DNA of 64,000 nt, taken from positions 5,642,001 through 5,706,000 of the forward strand of contig NC_092673.1 in the NCBI RefSeq assembly GCF_964355755.1. The letters are read 5' to 3'. Every line of letters begins with the position of its first letter. Position 1 is the stretch's first letter. Shown here one piece after another: positions 53,249 through 64,000 of the stretch. Below the pieces are notes generated by a model, which saw only the letters and a program-made list of their open reading frames with translations, did no database searches and was not told where the DNA came from. Source of the DNA: Antedon mediterranea. Taxonomy: Eukaryota > Animalia > Echinodermata. The position numbers and the translations under genes are program-made.

Positions 53249-55813
53249 CACAGTGGGTCAGAATTGGTTCAAAGTGTGCCAAAAGTCTATACGCATGAAT
53301 AAATATTGATTACCTTAATTTTTAAAGGATCTAAGGGGTTTTCAGACCCGTAGAATTTAATGGAAGTATTTTTAAATAGGTATGACGTAATACAAATGGT
53401 GTTTTCTGATTGGTTGAGGCGAATGTGCTTGTAATTCTTATGTCGATTGATATTACATTCATTATTGAAAGTGTAAGGGTTTCTATTACACCCAATAAAT
53501 CCAACTGGAACATTTTCTTAATATATTAGACGTCATAAAATAATAATGTTTGATTAGATGACTTTAATTCTCATTGCAATATCATGTGTGATTAAATTGC
53601 ATCCATGATTAAAGATCCACAGAGTTCAATGAAACCATCTTTTTATTGTTCAGTATGATGTCATTACAAATACTGTTTTCTGATTGTGTGAATAATATTA
53701 ATATTGAAAATAGGTTTTTATTGTATGTTACAAATAAGGGTTTAAATGACTGAAATACATCACTTATGTTTGTTTTCATTGTATGTTTTCGTCGATAGAC
53801 TCTTCGCTCATCATACCTATCAGTAATACAGAACTCGAATTAATTGATGAACCATGAACTAGGAGAACATGTACACTCACTGGCATTTTATACCATGGAT
53901 AGAGTTGTATATATAACTCTGCTGTTTTTCGGCAGTAGTCCCTAAAAAGGGTCTAAGCACGTACTGGATTTACATCCAACCCGCAAATTTCAGCGAAAGT
54001 CTCCTTTTCCTGGAGAGCTAGCTCTGCAAGCTATGTTGCTGTTCCTTGTTTCTTTCCTATATGTTCTTTAAACCGATCGTGTATTTCTTTTCTTCATATC
54101 GGCAACGATGGCTTTGTCACTATCAGACGAAATACGCCACTTTTTTTACTGGCATTCTGTACCAATATGAATTAGCATTTCGAAGCACCTACTCCATTTG
54201 TGTAGTGGCGAGAGCCATAGCTGTAGGCTTCTTCACTTGACGATGGGAGTTTATCCAAATCATTAAACTGTTTTGGAGTAGCTTCACATATATAACATCG
54301 CATTGAATACTTGGTTTCAGTCAAAGCATTCTCGACATTTTGGTCAACTATTGAATTGTAAATTGTAGTGTATTTAGATGTTGTCTTTTCTGTTTTCATC
54401 TGCAGCCAGTTCATAGTTAATTAATATCAGATAATATATTGAATTGCAGGTGTAAGGTCGGCAAAATCACGAGGAAGTATCTTTATGTTCAACTACTTCT
54501 TTAATTTCTTCTTTTTTTTACTGAACAATTCGAAGTGCAGTTTGGTCCAGCAAGCTTTGAAGGGGTACTCTTGCCGAATCTTCTTTAACCGTTATATTAT
54601 TTACGTAGCATCTATGCTTAGCTTCCCTCACGTTCCACAAACCTGTTTGGTATGACTGTTTTGTCATATCAGTTTCAACTTATAGCTAAAAGTGACAAAG
54701 CTTTTTCACTAGTAAACTTGATCGGTTCTGGTTTTTTTTCGGATATTAACTTTCTTATTTTAGCTGGTCTTAATGGTGTTAGCATTGCAAACTTCAGCAC
54801 ATATTTTAAATGTGAATTTTGCTTATATACGCCTTGTGAAGCAGCATAGAGAAGTTCTTCTGGTACTCTGACTAATAATAGTTGATGAAATGAACTTTGT
54901 GACGGCCATACTTGTACCATCTTCCTCATAAATAATAAAGAAAATGGTTTGATAGTTTTAGTAGTATACTCCAAAAGTTCTTTTGGTATGTTCTTGTCAT
55001 TCCTTACATTGTAATGTAAACGCAATTCACGTAAACATACATTGCAGGCTAGTTCAATGTTGGTAATTAAACCAGCCGAATGGACAGCTTTAAAGGTTGT
55101 ATTTTGATATGGAGGCCATGTTACCTGAGTGTACCTACATTTATGAATGCTTATTCTCACACTGGTAGCATTCTCTTTTCAAATACAGACGCGTCGTGGA
55201 AAGGTTTTCTCTTCGTCAAGTTCGTGCGATTGCGATCAATGTGTCAATGAAAATGCATTATACATTTATTTTAAAACGGGACATTTAAATAGCTTCCTAT
55301 ATGCAATGTCGCGAATTTTCGCAGCCAAATTTGGTATTAACGTAAAGCTCAAGCTTTGCTCGAAATATTAATGTCAAAATTAGCGCGCGAATCGACGCGA
55401 ATCCAAACTATTTTAGTGGTTTTACTTTAAAATATGATTTTTTGGTATTTTTGGGCTATATTTTGTGATTTTTAACCCTAAAATAAAGCAATAATCGAAA
55501 ATGTTATTTTACTGCCTAATAGTATTAATAACAGACAACAATTTCATGCAGTATCAAATCCATTGCTTTTTTCTAGAAAAAATAGCAGCGAATTTATCAA
55601 AACTGTTGTTTTTGCTCATTTTAAGTGAAATGTCATGGTTTCTTCAAGTTTCCATGGTTACAAGACACTATTAAAATTTACAAAAAATAAAATTATTAGT
55701 GGATTTATATAATTTAAGATGTCTTCTTCCTAATCCAATATTAAAAAGTTCGGAATGCCACATTTACCATTTTGGACTTTTGGCACACTTTGAATTGATT
55801 CTGGCCCACTGTG
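53249..55813 (-). mobile_element. Transib (RAG1-like transposase) DNA transposon, both ends intact, coding region decayed
   Basis: 39-bp TIRs CACAGTGGGTCAGAATTGGTTCAAAGTGTGCCAAAAGTC (53249-53287 / 55775-55813, 4 mismatches); 5-bp TSD CGCCC (53244-53248, 55814-55818). Minus-strand motifs KFTSEKALSL, SARVPLQSLLDQT, FCRP, SMRCYICEATPKQFN, SPLHKWSRCFE, LYPWYKMPVSVHVLLVHG, IGMMSEES. Confidence 0.93.
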
Positions 55814-56001
55814 CGCCCGCTCGAACAAATCTTCCGCGTGGTTCAGTAAACGTTATGACGTTATCTGCTAACACTGAGGGTGCTTGACTTGTTCATTATC
55901 ATGGATGGGAGCCGTGAAAATCATTTGTGTATGGGTAAATAATAAAAATATACAGAGGGCGCAATCACACAAAAAGTCAGAAGAGTAAACAAGTTTACTA
56001 T

Positions 56002-56227
56002 CTTTAGAAGTAGATATGCACCTCCTCATGCCCCGTGTGTGTGATAGTTAACCCTTGGAGTAGGTGTGCACCTCCCCGTGCCCAACTGTGTGTGATAGTT
56101 ATCCCTGGGAGTAGATGTGCACCTCCCCTATGCCCCTGTGTGTGGAGTATGTGTGTGATAGTCAGCCCTTGGAGTAGATGTGCACCTCCCCATGCCGCTG
56201 TGTGAGTTACCCGTGGGAGTAGATGTG
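56002..56227. repeat. Right-hand remainder of the GC-rich minisatellite (~4.5 units)
   Basis: Same unit and orientation as 23863-25264. Confidence 0.9.
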
Positions 56228-56550
56228 ATTGACGGTCACTATTTTTAATATAAAAATCTCCTGATTTTGTCCATAGTGTAATTATTATGCGTCATTAATA
56301 TGCACATATAGTGTATTATTATCACCCTATCTGAACTAAGTTTTGTCAAAGTACAAGGAAATTGAAATTTGTAATTTTATTTAAAACAAAAACTCATACA
56401 CTACACTACAGGTATTTTAATCTTTAAATTGTTGTTCTAAGCATGTATAATACAAACTATATATCACATAATCTAAGCCTTGATTCGCACGTCACCAGGA
56501 TCTTGGAATTTGTAAAGTATTTCAAACCACTTGAGTATACATAATCATCA

Positions 56551-57544
56551 TTATCTTGCTGTTTGCCCTGTTAACAGTTTTTGATTCAATAGTATTATTT
56601 CTGTTAATGAAAACTGTAAAGTTAATTGTTCAGTTGATTCAACCTTGAGTGATATTACATACATCTTTTTGTACGTGGCACAAATCATCTCATTCTCCTT
56701 ATTTCTGTAAATAAATAAAACAAAATCAAAGAATTATATACAATCATAATATAAGAGAAAAGTTGAGGGTTAAAATTGAACTTATCACTGGATGAACAGA
56801 GACATCCACTATGTGATAATAAGATCAAAAGCTCTATCTACACTATCAAACTAGTTGGACAAAAAAAAAGTGTGCCCAAATATGGTAGTGATATGCTTAA
56901 ATATGGTAGTGATATGACATCATCATGACAATCTGTAAACTTTTATCTTCGCCGCAATATTGCACACATTCGACTTTTTCTTTCGATACGCTCCACATCC
57001 TCTATCATTCATGGTTTTATCTCTTCTCGTCTTGATTATTGCAATTCTCTGTTCTATGCCCTTCCGAATTTTCAAATTAATCGTCTTCAACGACTACAGA
57101 ACTTGGCTGCTTGTATCATTACGTTCACTAACCGTCGCTCTCACATTTCACCTGTTCTTCGAGAACTTCACTGGCTCCCCATTGACAATCGAATCAAATT
57201 TAAAATCTTGCTCCTTACTTTTAAAGCACTTCTTTTCAACCAACCTGCTTACATCCATCAATTAATCACCTTTTATGTTCCTGGACGGACTCTTAGATCA
57301 TCTGATGATTTTTTTACTCTCTGTTCCACGCATAGCCACTAAAACCTTTGGTCATAGATCGTTTTCTTTTGCTGCACCCACACTCTGGAATTCACTCCCC
57401 CCACAAATTAAACACTGCTCTTCTGTTGCCTTATTTAAAAAATTGCTCAAAACTCATTTTTTCGACCACTAACATGCCCAGCGCCTTTGATTTTGTACCT
57501 CGGTCTTTGAATTGACGCTTTATAAATTTTGATATAATAATAAT

Positions 57545-57586
<42 letters not shown>

Positions 57587-60500
57587 AATAATAAATAATA
57601 ATAGTGTAGACAGAGCTTTAGATGTAGGATGGAGCTGAGTTATGAAGACATTTGAAGGTAATAAATAGAACTTTGAACTTCTGCGAGTCAGAAATAGGAA
57701 ACCAATGTAGTTGTAGTTGTTGTTTATGTTTTGTTTCTTACCGTTTCATGTTTGAATGAACTTTGACCAGGTTAAGAAGCACATACTGAAGTCTTGATTT
57801 TAGAATGTTTTTAAGTCCTTCAATCTCAGCATCATCACTATCTAACTCATGACTGTCATTTTTATCTCTCTTGTGTTCTGATAAATGAGTAGACGTATTT
57901 CTTTTTTCATAATCCAAACCCTCTTTAGAAATGTTTTGTTTTTTAAGTTTTTGAGATTCAGTTTTAAGATCTATTTGTTCTTTTTCTAAAACCTCTGATT
58001 GATTAGAAGTACAAGTGTCTCTTTTCTGACAATCTACTGCAGTCTCACTTTTGAATGATTCTAATTGGTTAGAAGTGTCCATGCCACTTTTGAACGCTTC
58101 TGATTGGTTAGAAGAGTCTATCTCAGTTTTGAACACTTCTGATTGGTTAGAAGAGTCTATCCCAGTATTGAACACTTCTGATTGGTTAGAAGAGCCTATC
58201 CCAGTTTTGGAAACTTCTGATTGGTTGAAAGTGTCTATCCCACTTTTAAATTCTTCTGATTGTTTAGAAGTGTCTATCTTCCGTTCTAATGCTTCTGATT
58301 GATTAGAAGTGTCTCTTTTCCTTACAACAGCAAGATTATTGGCTGGTTTATAAGTTTCTTTTTCAGGGATGGTTTCTGAGGTAGTAGCGGTGACATTAGT
58401 TTTAACTTGATCTATGCTATCAGCAGATCCAGTATCAGCAGATGTTACATGTTCTTTATCTAGTATTTGTATTGTATCTTTACACTGCAATAAAATATCC
58501 AAACAGCATTGCAAAGATTTAATCTTGGTTGAATTTCCTGTTTGACCTGTTGGGAGAGAGAAAATAAAAGAAATTTATTGAAAAATTATTAACAATTTTT
58601 TTATTGCAATTAATAATAATAGTTAATTTTACAAACGAAAGTGGATTGTTGATTCATAACTAAATACGGTTGAGGGAATTGACACAATTGGAAGAGAGAT
58701 TGGAATGTTCCATTTATAGCCATCATACAATATATTTGTTAAAACGTAAGTTTTACAAAGTAAAATAGTATTTTTAAAAGTTTACAATTATGATGTTGTA
58801 ATGGAGTTGTGTACCAAGATTCAGCAATTAAAAACAATTATTGTAAACAGAGATAAATAGTATACTTGTTATTATTAAACAAATAAAAATCAGTACTGAA
58901 AGAATGTACCAACTTTCTATATCATTGAGTATAAATTCGAAAAGTTAGGCGCGATTTACTGAAATTTGCCATTGCGTATATTTATATATAGAAACTGCAT
59001 GGTAGTAGAATTTCTGCTCAATTTGCATTCTTTGCTGTTGCTGTGAGTACGGGAAAATTTCCCAAATATATAAAAAATTAGAAAATCAATGAATTAGAAA
59101 ATATGATTAGTTAGTTAGTTGTAACCACTAACTAATCAATTGCCTAACCAGGCCTTTCTCTAGACACACATGATAATAACAAAATAAATACCAGTAATAT
59201 GATTACATAACTTACTATGGAACTGGTGTTCAATCATGGCAACCCTTTCAAGTTGTACCCTTAGAAGTTCTGTTGGTCTTTCAAGAACTCTAAACAATTT
59301 CTCAGCCTTCTCATAATAGTTATCTGCAAGGGATTTTGTGTAGCGTTTCTTTTTGTCACTCATCTAAAAACAAAATTTTGGTCGTGAAGAAGAATTATGC
59401 AACAAAAGCAGTGGTGTTATAACAAATATAGTATATTTTAACTTGGATAGGACACAGGACAATCAAGAGCATGGTAGTTCAACCGATAAATCTCAACACA
59501 ACCAATTACATCACTCTGATAGAAGATAAATGGTACCGTACTGTGGAACCGTAGTCATAACATCGGCAAGGGTTCGAGGCTCACCTGCTTCATGATTCTC
59601 GTGGTAGAACAAAGTTTTCTTGGATAAGGACTATAAACTGTCCAGTGTATACATCTAGATTATGTGCACACCTAGTACATCTTTCTAAACGAGTAGAAGG
59701 GTTACCCCGATATACTAGTACCCATCATACCTGGGTCTTCTGGGAGACCAGTCTTTGACTGAAGAGGATACCCAGTGTAAACAAATTTAAAATTCAAAGA
59801 CTAACCTGATTTCTTAGTGAACTGTGATACATTGAGGCCAGTCTGTAGTAGACATTAGCCATACGGAACTGATGCAAGACAGCATTACTGGATGATGGTT
59901 CCACTGATTCTGACAGTGATAACACTTCATGCATCAGATGAAGAATTTCCTTTTCAACCTTAACAAAAATATTTAAGGATTTTTAATTCTACTTAACCAA
60001 TAGGGAGAAAAAGTGATGACGTCACGTTTCCGACTGCGCTGGGTACAAACAAAGTTTGGTCGGCCATCTTGTCCTATTCTAACGCATTGATTTAACGCCG
60101 CTTTTTCGTACATCCCGATAACTTTCGTTTTTACATAATTTAGAGTTGATCATCTTGCTTTATTTAATTACTATGTTACTACTGTTGAATATTTTGCTGA
60201 TAATATATCGTAAGTAAAATAGCATTTTAAATTTCATGTTACAAGCACTTTTTAGGCCTCTTTCTTTGGCGACGAGTTTATACTAGCAGTATTTCTGCGT
60301 TTGTTTGTGGAAATGTGCGAATCAATATGCATTTCTAACTTTCAGTTTACTATTTATTTATTTATAATGTATTGCTTATTAAAGTTTGAGTTTTTAATAT
60401 GGTAGGTAAAATGTTGAATTTTACTAGTTTTGATGCATCTAGGCCAGATATGGGTCAAATTAATCGGCAAAATGTCGCTGCTATAGGCAGCTAAGAACGA

Positions 60501-63500
60501 CCGCACACGGCTACCTCTAATGTTGTGATGTAACATTGTGATTATAAATTGAAAGTGAACTTACGATATATTATCAGCAAAATATTCAACAGTAGTAACA
60601 TAGTAAAATAAAGCAAGATAATCAACTCTAAATTATGTAAAAACGAAATTTATCTGGATGTACGGAAAAGCGGTGTTAAATCAATGCGTTAGAATAGGAC
60701 AAGATGGCCGATCAAACTTTGTTTGTACCCAGCGCAGTCAACAGCCAGGACACGTGATGTCACACTTTTTCTCCCTATTGAATATAAGTAATTAAAATGG
60801 TAAATTCATATAAAATTGGCTGTGATGAGTGATGCTTAAGTGAAATAAGGAGGCATTCAATTCATATACTTCATATTCCTTCATATACCAAAATGTCTAC
60901 ATTAATTTCCTACAGTATTCAACAGATAAATACAACAAAAAGTGCTTATTTCAGTTTTAGTTTACTGCTGTCAAAAAATATTTTAATAAATTCTCCAAAT
61001 GTTGTAGAGAAATAAAGATTCATCCAAAGTTACTTTGGAAATACTTTTTTGCTCACCTCCTCCCTAGATATCTTTGCCAAGGGAGCATTGTCTTGCATTG
61101 TGGTTGCCATGGTGAAGTAAGTTGTTGATAACTCCCATGTGACTGCATCCCATATCCCAGGGTACAGTGCTCTATTTCTGAGTGTACTTTGTGACTTTTT
61201 ATAATAACTTATAGCCTGTATTTATAAAAGAGAATAATAGTAAAGGCCATCTTTATGTGTGTGCAACGTATGTTTGGTCACATGTCTGATGACAACCTTA
61301 ACAGTTTAAAGCAAACTCCAGGTTTAAGATTGTTATTGTTTATTTGAAATTATGTCCAGCACCTTTCAATTCATGGTATCCAATTGGTTAATCGCCAGTC
61401 TATAGCTATTGCCATGCCCTCGAACTACAGTATAGACTGGCTAAACTGTGCAATAAAATAGGATCTACAGAAGTGATTTAAAAAAAAAACCATATTTAAT
61501 GAGGGTGATACATCCAGCTATTGCTGATCATTAGGGACCCTCAGAGGTTCACAAGACAAACATATACACAAGATGCTCTACATAAACAAAGTCTTATTAC
61601 AAGTCTTTGGGAGTGGAGAATTTGGTCCTTAGAAAAAATCCTGACATGTGACGGGACTTGAACCCAGGACCCTTGGAGTGGTAGCCAAGCATCATAACGA
61701 CCAAGCCACAACTCCACTGATGCGACGATTGTGTAGCTAGCACTAGCCCTTGTCTAGCCACAATGGTTAACTTGTGTAGATGGAGCTGACTTAGAGGATT
61801 TAGTAAGTTAAAAAGATGAAGGAACAAATAAAGTATGCTTTGGGAATATTTATGGCATATCTGAAGCGACTAATTATCAAATGCAGGCCTTTTGTTGATG
61901 TTTGCTTCTTCTCAGCGAAACTTTGCCACTAGCTAGGCCTGTACTCCAATCGAGTCCATGTTATATGTTCGCTTCGGCCTAGCTAGCCTACAGCTGAATT
62001 GCGTGAAATTGTCAAACAAGTATTTACTGTGCTTTCATCATTTTTAAACAGAGAGCTACCTTTTAAACATTGAATCAGCAGTTTTAACTGGTTGTTGTAA
62101 TAAATGTTACCTTATTAAAATAATGTCTCTCATCTTTACTGAAACCCTCTGTCTCTCCGTCACTGCTTGACGCCATAAATGCTTGAGCACATATCCTCAT
62201 CAGCCGACCCATGTTGTTGTACAGCAAGGCAACGTTGACAACATCGGACACAGCGTTAAAAGCTTTTAACGCCTTCTCAAAACACTGAAAACTCTCTGTC
62301 CATAGCTTTTGTTCTTCAGATAGTGGTACTCCGAAATGAGAAAGAGTATTATTAAATCATACTATAGAGTGTGATAGTGTAATGTATGCATATAAGGGCC
62401 AACAAAAATAATGATGAAAAACTGTCGATATTATGTTTATTACGGTTCTACTGCCTTAACAGCTATGCCATACCTGTACATTATAATAAATGTTTACCTG
62501 TCTGTCGTTTTTCAGTCGCAAGATTCATAAACCAAATACCAAGCTCGTTACGTGCGCTACCCAGCTTTCTCGTTGATGTGATTAGCATTTCGGGATCAAG
62601 TCCTTCACTATAGTGATCCAAGATAGATTCATAACATATACAAGCTGTCCTCAAACAGTCTTGTCTTTTAGATTGGAGTTGAACGGCCCATGACAAATCT
62701 GTTTGTTTAAAGAACAAAAAGAGACAAAGTCTTAATTTTTAAATTTGATATATTGTTAGGCCGGGCTTCATACTATAACTTCTAAAAAATATACCATACA
62801 ATGGATTAAAACAACTATGTACAAACATAACTAAATTCTACTGCGGTGAAATATTAACAATTTGCGAGTTCTTTGTTTCTCTTGCACAAAATTCTCAATA
62901 TAATTTACAAAAAAAACAGAATATTTATATATTTAATTATTCAACTTTGTTTTTACTACTTTGGTCTAAAAGCTGTACACCTGATTTGAAGAGGCCCTAT
63001 TAAATGAGCAATGTACCTCCAATTATGAGAAAAGCTCCATATATTTCACAGCATGTGATACGGAATCAACCAATTAAAAGACAGGGATACACTTTGTGTG
63101 TGTTTATTATATTTCACATACCTTCCATATCAGAATCTTCAGTTGTATGTTCCAAAATCTTTGTCTCATTTTCACATATCTTGTTAAATTCTTGTTCATG
63201 TTGCTGAATGTTGTCTACCATAAGTAGGTGCGTATCGCCGCATACTTCTAAGATCTCACTGATCCGTTTGTTGCATTCGTTAATTTTACCAGCATACTTA
63301 TAGTCAACAACACTCTCTATAGATGATAAGGAAACTGTGGTAAAGCCTTAAGCTCTGTCTACACTATCAAACTTTATGTGACAAAAAAATGTGATGTGCC
63401 CTTATATGGATATGATGATGTCATATCACTACCATATTTGGGAATATCACTGCCATACTTCGGTACATCACACTTTTTTTGTCAAACTAGTTTGATAGCG

Positions 63501-64000
63501 TAGACAGAGCTTTAGGGATTACAAGGGCTTGGGTTGGTTTGGGCATGAGGTGATCTTATTTAGGGAGGTGAAAAGAAGGTTTAAAAAAGCAACTTTACTA
63601 GTCAACTTTACAAGCAAGCGTTTATGAGATGATACAGTGTTAAGGCTAGAGTGAACCCTTTGTTTGGGTTCAGGATTGAAGGTACACAGTGGGAGGATAA
63701 TCATGCCCCTTTGCAGTCTATCGCCTTGAAATGAATTTATTCTGTTATAAAAACAATAGCAATTTAATGCAAAAGTCTGTGTATTGTTCATTTCACTAGC
63801 TAAACTTACCAAAGCATGACAGGGCAACACGGGCATGGCGTAATGCTACACCATAACTCTTGATCTGTACCTCATGCTTAGCCTGGGTCATGAAACAATC
63901 TAAAGCATCTAAAAGCAGATCTAACTTGTACATTTGTTGCCATGAGTCCACAGGTAAACACATGTTTGATGTTGTTGATCTGACGAAAGAGTCTTTGCGG
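56551..64000 (-). CDS. EDRF1: Erythroid differentiation-related factor 1, 3' exons (gene continues beyond window)
   Basis: Exons (>64000)-63810, 63316-63122, 62698-62498, 62328-62111, 61215-61057, 59958-59806, 59363-59216, 58546-57742 and 56704-56551 (TAA). Motifs KLGSARNELGIWFMN, NVALLYNNMGRLMRICAQA, WELSTTYFTMAT, YRLASMYHSSLRNQ, ELLRVQLERVA. Confidence 0.9.
56830..57617. mobile_element. Harbinger-like MITE split by a 5'-truncated L2 LINE fragment (~56930-57600, + strand)
   Basis: MITE left TIR at 56830, right TIR at 57601-57617. Between them are L2 RT C-terminal motifs (SRLDYCNSL, HISPVLRELHWLPI, FGHRSFSFAAPTLWNSLP) and an (AAC)n/(AAT)n tail. Confidence 0.8.
57985..58312 (-). repeat. 36-bp (12-aa) coding tandem repeat in an EDRF1 exon
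   Basis: xIDSSNQSEVFKT-like units in ORF 57738-58514. Confidence 0.85.
59540..59790 (+). mobile_element. tRNA-derived SINE (family B), partial
   Basis: GGTTCGAGGCTCAC, GGATAAGGACTATAAAC, CAGTCTTTGAC; homologous to 8349-8691. Confidence 0.6.
59998..60780. mobile_element. Fold-back non-autonomous DNA transposon with ~220-bp inverted arms
   Basis: CAATAGGGAGAAAAAGTG..ATATCGTAAG (59998-~60213) is the reverse complement of ~60560-60780. Confidence 0.8.
61555..61719 (-). mobile_element. tRNA-derived SINE (family A)
   Basis: Minus-strand GTGGCTTGGTCG A box and GGTTCAAGTCC B box; homologous to 1030-1283. Confidence 0.7.
63351..63511. mobile_element. PIF/Harbinger-like MITE, best-preserved copy
   Basis: TIRs AGCTCTGTCTACACTATCAAACT / AGTTTGATAGCGTAGACAGAGCT, TTA duplication (63348-63350, 63512-63514). 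Confidence 0.85.

Larger units (their letters stand above)
25265..56001. mobile_element. Putative endogenous large-DNA-virus or giant-transposon island inserted in the minisatellite (left end triplicated; single-copy form 38098-56001)
   Basis: The same minisatellite lies on both sides. Imperfect inverted repeats at 25265-25295 and 55935-55964. CpG-rich coding fragments, an AAA+ helicase and short (83-96 nt) introns are unlike the host genes. Confidence 0.6.

Noticed and set aside
53249-55813. ProtoRAG with a RAG1-RAG2 pair
   Set aside because: The element is only 2.56 kb, has symmetric TIRs and shows no convergent kelch/PHD ORF; motifs are Transib-type.

Overview
AT-rich animal (probably marine invertebrate) genomic DNA. 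Two convergent host genes frame the window. SLC5A7/CHT1, the high-affinity choline transporter, is on + with 8 coding exons (3163-18212). The 3' part of EDRF1 is on - (56551 to beyond 64000). Between them a GC-rich minisatellite is split by a foreign island (about 25265-56001) whose ends are imperfect ~30-bp inverted repeats. The island's left junction is tandemly triplicated (units start at 22959, 28441 and 35794). The island carries a decayed, CpG-rich, intron-containing gene for a large AAA+ helicase with MCM-like motif order, which the ORF track shows only as disconnected fragments. It also carries a compact spliced gene with a TIR/SEFIR-like C-terminus and a 44-bp subterminal tandem repeat. 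My inference is that it is a remnant of an endogenous large DNA virus or giant transposon. Nested inside are a scrambled Gypsy integrase with LTR, a PIF/Harbinger MITE, a near full-length CR1/L2-group LINE, and a Transib (RAG1-like) transposon with CACAGTG-heptamer TIRs and a 5-bp TSD. All calls come from reading the sequence by eye; no searches were run.
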